Part shown: piece after piece, positions 1-26,688 of the stretch
Position numbering within the stretch: the first letter of the stretch is position 1
Layout of the letters: each line of letters opens with the position of its first letter
From: Tubulanus polymorphus
Taxonomy: Eukaryota > Animalia > Nemertea
Direction of reading: 5' to 3'
Assembly: GCF_964204645.1 (NCBI RefSeq)
Contig: NC_134025.1
Span: 30,980,299-31,044,298, forward strand
DNA length: 64,000 nucleotides
Notes under the pieces: generated by a model
What the model saw: the letters and a program-made list of their open reading frames with translations, nothing else
Database searches by the model: none
Told to the model about the DNA's origin: nothing
Translations under genes and position numbers: made by a program

Positions 1-3000
1 AAAGTCCTTAAAATGCAGCTAAAACCCGGACAGGAGGTTAGTGTTTTATTTACTGAATTCAACCATTTCTTCATTACAATTATTACTACAACAGATGTAG
101 CAGAGATGCAGGAGTTTCCCATCGTCAGTACTTTATTCAGGCTGAGCACGTTGCCGTAATCCTGCTGGACATTTTGTTATTTGCTAAGTTGCATGCATTT
201 TGAAAATGGTGGCAGAAGTGGCCAAAAATGTCAAATCCTCCTTTCAAAAAGAATAATTTTATTAGTTCTGATTTTTTCGGAATCTGCCACTAAAATCGGT
301 GTTGTAGTTTTAATCATCTGGGCCCAGTTTCACAAACAAGTTAAACTCAAATTTTTCATGTTTTCAATGAGGGCAACAATTAAAACATAACTGTTTTAGG
401 CTTAAACTTTTTCGTGAAACCGGGCCCTGAATGAGCAAAAACCATAAACCATGAAACACATTACGCAATGCTGTAATTTCAGGTGGAATTGTGTAATATG
501 ATACTTGATTGCTGCGCTCAACAGAGAACTTATGAGAAATTCTATGGATTATTAGCTCAGGTCAGTGTGTGTTTTATAAATCATAACATACCTCCTTTAT
601 CTGAACCCAGTTCCACAGTAACTGTGAGTTAGAGTTAACTCTGAACTCGGGATCCTTAGTAAAAATCAGTTCATTTTCAATGAGTCAAATCTAAACTCAC
701 AACTGTGGAACCGGGTCCACAACCGTGGAACTGGGTCATGTGTGTACGTAGTGTCAAACCCGCACTGAAGTCATGTCCCTATTTTAGTCGTCAACATAAT
801 GATCGCCCAAACTACACTGACTTTCCCTGTCTCATACCCCCCTCCCTCCTCTCGCTCTGAATTATCAAACTCTGGTGTTGATTTATTGTTGTTTTTATTT
901 ATAGAGATTTTGTCAGTTGAACAAGATTTATATCGAGCCGTTCGAGACGATATTTCAGGAACAGTATTCAACAATCCATCGCCTGGAAACGAATAAACTT
1001 CGTAACGTCGCCAAATTCTTCGCTCATCTTCTTCACACGGACGCCATCTCGTGGGCGGTAAGGTTAAAACCATGCAGCTGAAACCTCACTCCGTCGCATC
1101 ACGCCAAGTTTTCAGCGTTAGTTTTGCGGTTTGTTTTTTAGGTTTTAGAACATATCAAACTGAATGAAGAAGACACAACTTCATCCAGTCGAATTTTCAT
1201 TAAGATTTTCTTCCAAGAATTATCGGAATATCTCGGTTTACCGAAACTGAACGCACGCCTTAAGGATGAGTAAGTTTATACGGCATCAAAATCAGCTACT
1301 ACACTCTCATATCTCTCTCACCTCCACCCTCTACCTCCCTCACCTCCACCTCTCTCACCTCCACCCTCTACCTCCCTCACCTCCCCAACTCTCACCTTCA
1401 CCCTCTACCTCCCTCACCTCCCCATCTCTCTCACCTCCACCCTCTAGCTCCCTCACCTCCCCCTCTCTCATCTCTCTGCCTCTCTCACCTCCCCCTCTAC
1501 CTCTCTCACCTCCCCCTCTACCTCCCTCACCTCCCCCTCTCTCACCTCCACCCTCTACCTCCCTCACCTCCCCATCTCTCTCACCTCCACCCTCTAGCTC
1601 CCTCACCTCCCCCTCTCTCATCTCTCTGCCTCTCTCACCTCCCCCTCTACCTCTCTCACCTCCCCCTCTACCTCTATCACCTCCCCCTCTACCTCTCTCA
1701 CCTCCCCCTCTACCTCTCTCACCTCCCCCTCTCCCTCTTCTATCTCTGTATAACAAAGTGAAGATGTATTATTATTTTCTAGGACTATGCTACCGTACTA
1801 TGAAGGTGTTCTACCTCGTGATAATCCTAGAAACACTAGATTTGCCATTAATTTCTTCACTACTATCGGCCTCGGCGGTCTCACGTAAGTATCAATTACA
1901 TTTCAGCCATAATAAAAAACCAACCTGTTGATCCAAACATTTCATTGAGAATAATCTGTTTTGTTTGTAGGGAAGAATTGAGGGATCATTTAAAGAATCA
2001 ATCCAAACAAATGGCGCAGGAGAAACTTCAACAAAAATCTTCTTCAGAAAGTAGTTCTTCTGATAGTAGTTCATCAAGTAGTTCTTCAGGTAACTATCAT
2101 CGACTTATACAACATGCAACATACAATCAACAACTTTCAACATACAACTTACATCATACAACATTCCACATACGACTAACAACATCTATCTTAAAATAAA
2201 AAACTTTTAAAATTCTGAGATTTTGTTTAAATTTATTTCAGATTCTGCCGATTCGAGTGATTCTTCTTCGTCGGATTCCGATACCGAAAAAAATCGCCGA
2301 CGTAAAACGAGTAAATCGAAAAAAGCAGCGAAAATTCGAAAAGAACTCGAAAAACTGGATAAAAAAACGGATAAAAACCAGAAAAATAAAAACAAACGTT
2401 TAGAAAATAACGGCGTGGAAAATAAACTGAAATCAAAACGAAAGAATGAAAAAACTGAAATGAATCATCGCGAGGATATAAATACACGATTAAAACAACG
2501 CGCTGGATATACTAATAATAATACTTCACCCCCGTCATACGTCAATAAACCTACTGATCATCAATCACCTGATAATAAACATAGACACAGTTCGCCCCCT
2601 AGTGACCGTAGAATAGATTATGATACTCGTCGTAGAGATCAGAGTGCTGACAATTCCAATTTTAGACGTAGAGATAGCCCAGAGCCCATGAGAGACAGGC
2701 GCAGGGGTAGTCCAGAGCCCATGAGAGACAGGCGCAGGGGTAGTCCGGAGCCTGTAAGAGACCAGCGCAGGGGTAGTCCGGAGCCTGTAAGAGACCAGCG
2801 CAGGGGTAGTCCAGAGCCCATGAGAGACAGGCGCAGGGGTAGTCCGGAGCCCATGAGAGACCAGCGCAGGGGTAGTCCTGAGCCCATGAGAGACAGGCGT
2901 AGGTGCAGTCCAGAGCCTGTGAGAGACGAGCGTAGGGGTAGTCCAGAACCTTTTAGACGTAGGGGCAGTCCTGAGCCCATGAGAGACAGGCGAAGAGACA

Positions 3001-5576
3001 GTCCAGAACCTTTTAGACGTAGGATTAGCCCAGAGCCGTTTAGACGTAGGGACAGTCCTGAGCCCATGAGAGACAGGAGAAGGGATAGCCCAGAACCATA
3101 TAGATACAGAGGCAGTCCTGAGCCTTATAGACGCGGGGATAGCAGAGAGCCCATGAGAGACTGGCGAAGGGACAGCAGAGAGCCATTGAGAGACTGGAGG
3201 AGGGACAGCCCAGAACCTTATAGACGTAGAGAAAGCCCTGAGCCATTTAGGGATGGATACAGGGACAGTCGTGAGCCTTTTAGACATGGAGACAGTCGTG
3301 AGCCTTTTAGACATGGAGACAGTCGTGAGCCTTTCAGGCGTGGAGACAGTCGTGAGCCTTTCAGACGTGGGGATAGCCGTGAGCCTTTCAGGCGTGGGGA
3401 TAGCCGTGAGCCTTTCAGACGTGGGGATAGTCGGGAGCCTTTCAGACGTGGGGATAGTCGGGAGCCTTTCAGACGTGGGGGCAGCCCGGGAGTTAGAGAC
3501 CGAAGAAGAGAAAGCCCAGAGCCGACGAGGGGCAGTAGACTGAGCCCGGAACCGGTGAGAGGCAGGTACGATCGAGAGAGAAGTCCGAATGTTCGATCCA
3601 GGAATGATCAGCAGCAAGCTGAGAGCAGACGCAAAGAAACTCCGGATCAGAATAACTCAACATCGCGACCAATCAAAACAGAGAAATCAATAGATGATAT
3701 TCGTAATAATTACGAGAGTGATTCAGATGATCCTCGAATCAGAGAGAAACAGAGCAAACATAATGGAGAGAAAGACACCTCCTCCTCGCGAGGTCGAATA
3801 CTGAATAATTCCAGACGTAGATCCTCGTCCAGTAGTAGCAGCAGCAGCAGTAGCGGCAGCAGATCACCCGATATACAGAGAAATAGAAATAAAAAAAGAC
3901 GCGAGGAAAGTTCATCAGAAAGTGAGGAAGATGAACGACAGAGAGCGAGGAAAAAACCTCAACGTACGAATAAACGAGATAGTCCCTCGGAGGATGAGGG
4001 TAGAAATAAACAACGAGATAGAAATTCATCGGAAAAACAGCAGAGAAAGAAAATAACGAGGCGTTCGTCATCGGAGGAAAGAGAGGAACCATCTACTGTC
4101 GATAGCAGGAGGAAAACTAATAAAAAACGTGATGAGAGTTCTGAGAGCAGCAAGAAAAAAACTAACTCAAAACGCAGAGAGAGTTCTGAGGAAAGTGGTA
4201 GCAAGAAGAGAAATAACTCAAAACGAAGAGAGAGTTCAGAAGAGACTCGTAATAAGAGGAAAAATAACTCAAAAGTGAGAGAGAGTTCTGAAGAAACTCG
4301 TAGCAAGAGAAAAACAAACTCAAAACGAAGAGAGAGTTCCGAGGAAAGTCATAGCAAGAAGAGAAATAACTCGAAACGTAGAGAGAGTTCTGTGGACAGT
4401 TTGAGTAGAAAGAAAAATCGCGTTTCCCTGGAACGAGTTGATAGAAGAAATAAGCGTGATGATAATGAATCTGAGGAGATTGAAACAAACAACAAGAAAA
4501 ACTCATTAAAGAAAGAACGGAAGATTGAAGAAAAACCTCGTAGAATAGGAGAAAATTCTGAGGAGCTTGAAAATAGGAATAAACAGAAAACTGTCATTGC
4601 ATCTGCTGCTGCTGCTGCTGCACCAGTATTACCTGCTTCTAAATGGAGGAGTATTGAACAGCCGAGGACACCGAGTCCACAGAACAAGTCACCCAGTCCA
4701 AAGAGGAGGTCACCAAGTCCAAAGAGAAGATCACCGAGTCCGAAGAGAAGGTCACCAAGTCCGAAGAGAAGATCACCGAGTCCAAAGAGGAACAAGAGGT
4801 CAGTAAGCCGTGAGAGGCGGAAGAGGTCAAATGATTCCGCAAGTAGAAAACTGAAAGAAAAGAGGTCACCAAGTCATGAGAGGCAACGTTCGAAGCATGA
4901 GAGGAACAAGAGGTCAATAAGTCCAGAAAAGAAGAGGTCAATGAGTGGTGAGAGGAGAAAGAGGTCAATGAGTGGAGATAGGAGAAAGAGGTCAATGAGT
5001 GGAGATAGGAGAAAGAGGTCAATGAGTGGTGAAAGGAAAAAGGGGTCAATGAGTGGAGATAGGAGAAAGAGGTCAATGAGTGGAGAGAGGAGAAATAGGT
5101 CAATGAGCGGAGAAAGGAGAAAGAGGTCAATGAGTGGAGAGAGGAGAAAGAGGTCAATGAGTGGAGAGAGGAGAAAGAGGTCAATGAGTGGAGAGAGGAG
5201 AAAGAGGTCAATGAGTGGAGAGAGGAGAAAGAGGTCAATGAGTGGAGAGAGGAGAAAGAGGTCGGATGATTCGTCTGCTAGAAAACCAAAAGAAAGAAAA
5301 GTAGAAAATCCTAGAGAAATGAAACAAAGTTCGCAAAACTTGAATAGAAAATCAACGAGAAAAGTTGAGAAGAATAAAAGAGTAAAGAATAGTGATGATA
5401 GTTCTGATAGTAGCAGTGATAGTGACGGTAGTTCCTCCTCGAGTAGTTCCGGTAGTTCTAGCAGCAATAGTAGTAGTAATAGTTCTAGTAGTTCCGATAC
5501 AGATGAAGCACCAAAAAAATCAACTACGAAAGTGTCGAAGAAATCACCGAGATCCAGACACGACAGCAGTGACTGA
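1..5576 (+). CDS. CWC22: Pre-mRNA splicing factor CWC22 homolog, 3' part (MA3 domain plus very long RS/SR-rich C-terminus); 5' exons lie outside the window
   Basis: GT-AG exons 1-36, 483-560, 905-1057, 1142-1269, 1783-1884, 1971-2089 and 2242-5576 splice in frame. They give [28 protein letters not shown]...[20 protein letters not shown]...[16 protein letters not shown]...[25 protein letters not shown], the hallmark CWC22 MA3-region motifs. Confidence 0.96.
319..429. mobile_element. ~110-bp MITE, PIF/Harbinger-like
   Basis: TIRs GGGCCCAGTTTCACAAA...TTTCGTGAAACCGGGCCC with CWG-type flanks; related copies at 19228-19340 and 61707-61817. Confidence 0.7.
600..740. repeat. Short copy of the dispersed GTGGAACTGG/GAGTTAACTC repeat family
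   Basis: Same motifs as the array at 57090-57735 and the copy at 62600-62717. Confidence 0.65.
1310..1742. repeat. Polypyrimidine (CT-rich) minisatellite in a CWC22 intron
   Basis: Repeats of CTCTCTCACCTCCCCCTCTAC with an internal block duplication, inside intron 1270-1782. Confidence 0.9.
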
Positions 5577-5793
5577 TGACCTGAGACTAATGAAGGACCA
5601 GAGACCGGGGAGGGTCTGGCCTGTGACCCAGATCAGCGGACTGATGAGTTGGCCTGAGACCTGGGGAACTAGGGGGCCCAGGTTACATGTATACAAAATT
5701 TAAACGTAAACTTAATTTAGTAGACTCTGCTCAAGTGAGACCATCAAAATTTGTTCAACCAGTGATATCCAAGTTTGATGTTATGTATCCCCC

Positions 5794-6053
5794 CAGTTAA
5801 ACAGTTATCTCTGAGTTAAACAGTTATCTCTGAGTTAAACAGTTATCTCTGAGTTAAACAGTTATCTCTGAGTTAAACAGTTATCTCTGAGTTAAACAGT
5901 AATCTCTTGAGTTAAACAGTTATCTCTGAGTTAAACAGTTATCTCTGAGTTAAACAGTTATCTCTAAGTTGAACAGTTATCTCTTGAGTCGAACGGTTAT
6001 CTCTTGAGTTAAACGGTTATCTCTTTGAGTCAAAAAGTTATCTCTAAGTTGAA
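5794..6053. repeat. 19-20-bp tandem repeat (GAGTTAAACAGTTATCTCT)n just 3' of the CWC22 stop
   Basis: About 13 near-identical copies visible. Confidence 0.9.
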
Positions 6054-7120
6054 TGAATCCGACTTGAGGCAGTCTACTATACTACAATGTAATATGTTCG
6101 ATGATACATTGTATTGATGTTGATACAATGTATTATTATAAGCGTTGAATGAAGTGATCTGAATTCACTGCTGTTTATTGTATTATAACACGCAACATAA
6201 AACATTGTACATGTAATATATGTGGTTGTATAATGTTCTTCACATTTTGCATTTAAATGTCAAATTCTTCATGTAAAATCCTGTTGAAACAATTGAGAGC
6301 GAATGGAACCATCCAACTGTGCATTTTATACATCATCGTCATTTAGGTAATCAATGTAAAGATTGGATGTATGAAAAATCATCAATTTTGTGCTTGTAAA
6401 AATAAAACTGATTATTACATGTTTAAAACTGGTTCAACAAAATAAATATTTATAAATGAATTTTGTAAATAAACCTAGAATTTTTCTTTTGTGATTTGTT
6501 GCTCAGTACATGAGGACAGATGAAGCCCAACCCCGAGGATAACAATGCTGTTCCACCTGAAGATGCCCCTAAGGATTACCAAAGCTGAACGAACAAAGAA
6601 AGATTTGTGCTAAACTAAAGGATACTTGTATTTCTTTGAATATATCACAGATAAAATGTTTAACAATTGAATTATAATAATCAAAACGGGGACCGTTTCA
6701 CAGATACGTAAGCATCAGGGGCCATTTCATGAGTGAAGAGTGGGCTGTTTTAAACTTCATTAAGCAGCTGATGTATTTTGATTGGAGGCAGTATGTCGTA
6801 TTGATTGGCTGAAAGTTTCCTCATCCGTAAAGTCGGTAAAAACAACTGGATTTTATCACCCTACAAATAATACAAATAACACGATAATTACACGTCAGTA
6901 GCGATACAGTTGACGGCCAATATGACGCATGTGTTACGTACGGCTGACCTTGGATTAATAACTGTACTTCAAGGTCTGACATATATATCACAATTAAAAC
7001 CACCATAAATGGTATATATTCGAATTTATGTTATTTCTATGCTGAAAGATTACGCCCCGCCATTACAATTATCGAAATTGATATATTCAAATCTATGTTA
7101 ATTTATGCAAAAAATACTTT

Positions 7121-21537
<14,417 letters not shown>

Positions 21538-21554
21538 TCAATTCTCATCATTCC

Positions 21555-21596
21555 GTTACTAAGATATCTACCCTAGCAACAGATGTCTTGGTTACA
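21555..21596 (-). promoter_or_regulatory. Clustered RFX X-box-like motifs at the WDR87-like promoter
   Basis: GTTACTAAGATA, CCCTAGCAAC and GTCTTGGTTAC within 60 bp upstream of the ATG; they resemble the GTNRCC(N)RGYAAC X-box of ciliary genes. Confidence 0.5.
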
Positions 21597-21626
21597 AGGA
21601 AAATAGTGCCAAAAAGACTAAAAGAT

Positions 21627-21698
21627 CTCCCCGGCCGGGAATCGAACCCGGGTCTCGCACGTGACAGGCGCGGATACTCACCACTATACTACCGAGGA
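21627..21698 (-). tRNA. tRNA-Asp (GTC)
   Basis: Minus strand TCCTCGGTAGTATAGTGGTGAGTATCCGCGCCTGTCACGTGCGAGACCCGGGTTCGATTCCCGGCCGGGGAG: a canonical 72-nt metazoan tRNA-Asp followed by T4/T5 Pol III terminators. Confidence 0.97.
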
Positions 21699-22545
21699 TT
21701 GACGAAAGGTGGTCTGTTCACTAGTCAAATCTCATCCAAAAGAGCCCCTTAAATAAACATAAATCAATTAACTATGAATTTGTTTGAGATATTTAATAGT
21801 TTATATTTTTATGGTTACTCATGGATGTGTGACCCTTAAAAGCCCGCGGGTGCCCCGGGTTCAAACCCAGCAAGTTATTCTGGGTTCCCCGATACTGAAC
21901 TGAGGATCGAACAGAAGGTTACTAGTTCGAATCCTGTGATTTACTGATACTGATCTCGAAGTTGTGGTACGGTTGTAGTTCGGACCCTGATATCAGATTC
22001 TCCATCCGCCGGCCGGTTTTGCCTGCGTCTTGGTGTTGGATCCCCTAGAGGCCCAATAGCTACCCTACCACCGATTTAAAAAAACAATTGATCCGAAATG
22101 CATTATTTATTTCTTTTGATCATAAGTATATATATAGATAAGACTCCACATTTTGACACTTGGTTCCTCCTCGCGAAATTTGACGCCAGATTTGGGCGCC
22201 GCTTCCCGACGCATCTGGAACTGGAGACAATTTTGTGTCTCAAATTCTCCTAAATATTGATTTTATCATCATGATAATTTATTTCATCAAATTATGCGGA
22301 ATTTATGCCATTAAATTCAATAATTCCTTGAGATTGATATCTCGGGGCTCTCCGTTTTCCGTCGGATGCATTCCCAGTTTGGAGTTTGGGTGAACTGACC
22401 TGGATATCCTCGGAGCTAACCGTTTTCGGGCCAGCGCGACAATCAGTGAGAATGTGGAGCTACAAATTCAATTCATAAACTTTATTAAACAAGACAACGC
22501 TTAACTAACAACAAAAGCGTTCCTTTCATATATGAATGAAAAGTG

Positions 22546-23164
22546 ATGGATTCTGATGACTGTTTGTCGTGTCGTGTTTTAGGGGGTGGAGTTGTGGTTG
22601 GCACGTCGGGTTATGTCCTCGTAAACTGGTGGAAAAGAGTTGCTAAAGCGTCACCCCCAAAATCTGTATTTGAACACGCTATTTATCTGGGACTCGCAGG
22701 ATGTAAGTCATCCTACCCCTACTGCTGCAGGGTTCTTGTAGATCAGGAAATTCTAGATTTTAGGCAATTTGAATTTTTGGTGTCTTGGCGTTGTTGTTCT
22801 TGCTGGTGATAAGCATCAAAAACAACCTCAAGAAACAGTCCCCCCCCCCCCCCCACTGAGAGAGTATATCTTATGTTGATCTACTAATCAGGGATCATTT
22901 TTGTCAAGGTTCAGGAAATATTTGTGAATTTTTGGTTTCCCGATCTGTAAGGAGCCTGCGCCTGAATTTCAATGTAAAAGATTTCTTTTTGCATTTAATG
23001 AATGAATTTATTTTGTGATCTATTTTCTTTGCTCAGGTTTACTCGGTATTGGTGCAACACGGCTACTCAATATCAAGCTTCCATCTATTGGGATCCCTCA
23101 GCAGCAGAACTTTAAAGATGACAGTGAAGTTTCCAAACCTCTGGTATCTGATTCTGGCAGCTGA
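22546..23164 (+). CDS. DMAC1: Distal membrane-arm assembly complex protein 1-like (DMAC1/TMEM261, DUF4536), 2 exons
   Basis: Exon 1 22546-22702 MDSDDCLSCRVLGGGVVVGTSGYV... (DCxSCR motif plus TM helix) with GTAAGT donor. Exon 2 23037-23164 CLLGIGATRLL...stop. AATAAA at about 23213. Confidence 0.8.
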
Positions 23165-23317
23165 AAGACCTGTTAACAAATTAGTTACATTTCATTTTAT
23201 ACAAGTTGAAGAAATAAATAATATTATCGGAAAAATGTTTTAAATGTGAGTTGATGAGGAATTTTGCAAAACTGCAGTTTATATGCGGGCCTCTATCGGC
23301 GTTCGTTAGATTTCAAC

Positions 23318-23462
23318 CGTCAAGTGCTACCTCGCTATAAAGCAGTAGCGGTCGATCTGTGAACTAAGATACTACTCGCATGCCGCAGAAAGAATCTCCC
23401 TTCTCGGGTTAGTTCTCATATTTTCCGTCAATGTAATACATAGCGGCAGCACTTGACGGTCA
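23318..23462. mobile_element. MITE
   Basis: TIRs ACCGTCAAGTGCTACC..GCTAT / ATAGCGGCAGCACTTGACGGT. Confidence 0.65.
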
Positions 23463-23492
23463 AGCTTTGATCAGCTCTTTTGGTGGGTAGCG

Positions 23493-23993
23493 GTGCACAA
23501 ATTGAAATCACTGAAATGTGTTTTAACTTCCAATGATACCCTTTGTAATTATAGAATGATTAAAAAGAATTTTGAATTTGAAAAATACCTTATTGAGTTA
23601 CCGTCGAAATACTGTAACTATTTGCTACGATACCGCCGTGCCAATAATCATTGTTTACCGATTGAAAAGGATTGATATACGAAAAAGAAAGAAGAAAGAC
23701 TATGTACAATGTGTAATTCAGGCGAAATTGGTGATGAATATCACTACTTAATGATCTGTCATTCTCACACCGAGCTGAGAAGAAGACACATAACTAGTTA
23801 TTATTACGATAATCCCTCCGAGCTAAAATATTACGAGTTATTGAATACGAAGGATCCGTAATTATTAATGAATATTATTGATATGTTGAAATGTCTGTAA
23901 ATATTTTGTTTTTTAAATAGTGTGTTGATATAAATGTTTTTGTATATCCTTATACAATTGACATTGTCAGGATGAATAAAGTTATCTTATCTA
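23493..23993 (+). mobile_element. 5'-truncated, frameshifted 3' end of a non-LTR retrotransposon ORF2
   Basis: FEKYL...LPIEK / ERLCTMCNSGEIGDEYHY..C (C-terminal CCHC motif typical of LINE ORF2), then AATAAA and a short ATCTT tail. Confidence 0.75.
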
Positions 23994-23996
23994 ATG

Positions 23997-24395
23997 TACG
24001 ATAGCAGGAATGCTCCGTCTAGGTTTCCGGGATCGCCGGTAACTGCAAGGTATCGTGGGTATCCTCGGTATCATGGTTATCGGAGACGCATGGGCCGTGA
24101 CACAGGTATCCTCGGTATCGTTGGTATCACAGGTAACCGTAAGTATCGTAGGTAACCTGGAGTCTCACAGGCCGTGACACGGGTATCCTCGGTATCGTTG
24201 GTATCACAGGTAACCTTTGGTCTCACTGGCCGTGAGACGGGTATCCTCGGTATCGACGCCGGTAACTGGGAGGATGACACGCCCTGAGACAGGTATCCTC
24301 GGTATCAACGGTAACCTGGGTTCGCGCAGAGGCAGTGCCCTGGTATCGTTGGTATTGATGACTCGTAGCAACATGGATGACTCCGACTATCAGTA
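23997..24395 (+). mobile_element. Dispersed non-autonomous element with GTATCCTCGGTATC subrepeats
   Basis: Reverse-complement homolog at about 55205-55556 (GCTCCGTCYAGGTTTC..GCCGGTAACT..AAGGTATCGTGGGTATCCTCGGTATC). Confidence 0.7.
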
Positions 24396-24624
24396 ATGTA
24401 CGTAAAAAGTGAAGCTGAAGACAAATGATAATCCTTCGATTTAATTCATTCAATTAATCGTTATTCAGTTTTTCATTCTATTTCAGATTCAATATAATAT
24501 CAATTGATAACCAATTTTCTTTTATTGACCTTTTCAAAACCACCCAGAATCAGTAGCCAATATCCAAATCAGGTCCGAGTCTGGGACAATCCTGCCTATC
24601 CAATGTACCTATTAGATGATGAAT

Positions 24625-25078
24625 CAGGCGCGGATCCAGACTATCGCACATGCAGCACGTGCGGTAGTCGCAGTTTTCAAACGCCCTTGAAAAATGTATG
24701 TTTCGGGAAAAAAAGTAAATAAAAAGGCACACAATTTGTCCGCCATAAAAAATAATTGCTTTTCTGTACTAGGCCTATAGCAAAATGTGAATGAGATAAA
24801 TTGCCCAAAATCATAAAAGGCAATCTAAGGCATTTTTTTTATTCAAAGGGGCACTATTCTAAAAGAGACATTATTGTTGCTCTATAAATTTAATCGAAAA
24901 CGGGCAAATTTCGCCAAAAATCTAAAAAAAGGCACAAGCAAATTGAATGTGAAGGTAAATTAAGTGGCATGATACCAATAAATGGCTCGCTCGCTGGGCA
25001 TTAATACTGGCCCTTTTCAAAGTTGGTGCCCTTTTTTCACTGTGCTGTAGTCACTGTATGGCCCTGGATCCGCGCCTG
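24625..25078. mobile_element. hAT-like MITE with 5-bp TSD
   Basis: Perfect 15-bp TIR CAGGCGCGGATCCAG/CTGGATCCGCGCCTG flanked by the direct repeat TGAAT. Confidence 0.85.
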
Positions 25079-25816
25079 TGAATGCAGCACACCCCGTCAC
25101 TCAGAACCAATAGACCGAGTTCCGAACCCGGGATACCCTCGTTTAATATCTAACAGTATCCAGTTCACTCAGAATCAATACCAATAGACCGGACTCGAGC
25201 TCAGGAATCCCCCGTTTACCATTTCAATATATAGGTCACTCAGAATCAGTAAATAGATCACCTGTACCACTCTGAATATTTATCAGTAATTACTGGTATT
25301 CAGCTTCAGTACCACTCTGAATCAGTATCAGTTATAACCAGATTTGAACCTGGGACACCCCTCAACATGCTCTATTTCAGCATCAGAAGTAATTACTGAT
25401 GAATTGTACCTGCGACACCTATTTTCAGTATTCCACCATTGATGGAATCAGTGTCCACTGCAGAATGATACTGCTACATGAAATTCTTTAAGACTGATGG
25501 GATCCTAAGAGTACCGGTAATTAGAGTCTCTTAGGTAGCTCATGCAGGTTTTAATCTGCTGCCTGCCGTACCACAGACCTTGAATATCAGACACATCTGA
25601 AAGGGATCGGTGTCAAGCTGTGTTTGAAGAGTGAGGTAGTAAGTGACAGTAGCAAAGTCTAAACGGGCATCTCAATGGTATGGGTTGGTACTGGAGCATC
25701 CTCAGTTAGGGCAGTGCCAGAGATCAGTACATGCATTAAAGGTAACATTGGAGTAATTCAAAGTTGTAAAAAAAGAAAGTCTCTACCACATTGAGAGTGG
25801 ATTGAAAGTCTCATTG

Positions 25817-26205
25817 TACAATGGAACCTTCCTGTTAAACACGAATCTTAAGGGAAAAAGTGAAATTGTCGTACATGTAATAACCAGGTTTCAGTGTATC
25901 CAAATCTGCATTGATATAAATATTCTAGCTGGGACAAGCTACGAACAGAATCGTATTAATGAGGTTCAACTGTATTTCATTTATTCACTTACAGAGAAAA
26001 AATAATCCATGTACAATAGACTTCTAACTGGAACGAAGTAAGACAAGGTGATAGTTCTAGTCACCTGTAGACAATAGAACTTCAATGCAATAGTAAGTAA
26101 CTAGACTTGAAATTAGTCGAATGAAACACTCTAATCTGTGTCTTAAGGATTAGATAGTCTTAATTAGACTTGAAATAATTCCAGTTAACAGAGAGTCCAC
26201 TGTAC
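25817..26205. mobile_element. Two adjacent Tc1/pogo (Tigger)-like MITEs (25817-25975; 26012-26205)
   Basis: TA-flanked degenerate TIRs CAATGGAACCT..AGGTTCAACTG and CAATAGACT..AACTGGAA/TTCCAGTT..AGTCCACTG. Confidence 0.55.
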
Positions 26206-26688
26206 ATTTTATGAAGAAAAAGTAACACATATAATATGTAGCGAACAACTGACCACTAGTGATGCTGATGTTACAACAACTAGTGGTTAGTGTAGTTCAA
26301 TATGTATTGATAAACAATAGTTCAACCAATATTCAAACACCATAAAATCAATGTATTGATCAAACCAACATCCTCAGAATGAGACAGAACACAACAACTA
26401 TCATTTTAAAGTAATGAGTATTTACAAACGCAGTCACAAGTACAAAATCTCCACATATACAGCACATACAACTATATTTCAGAAATCATTTAACAAGTAC
26501 AAAAACAAGCAAGAGAAGCCCCTTGAAACATTTACACTCAAAACGCAAAGTCGCAGCAAATCAGTAATTAATAACCCACAATCAGATTCAACAACAAACC
26601 AGCCAATCAAACCATCAATTCATATTTATTTTTCAATAGATGTACAATGTGTATTTACATTCAACCTATACTGAAGCTATCAGCCTCA

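Noticed and set aside
1266-1931. 221-aa Pro/Ser/Leu ORF and the antisense Gly/Arg/Glu ORF
   Set aside because: Artefacts of the CT minisatellite inside a CWC22 intron
2233-5467. Multiple long minus-strand ORFs
   Set aside because: Shadow frames of the repetitive CWC22 exon
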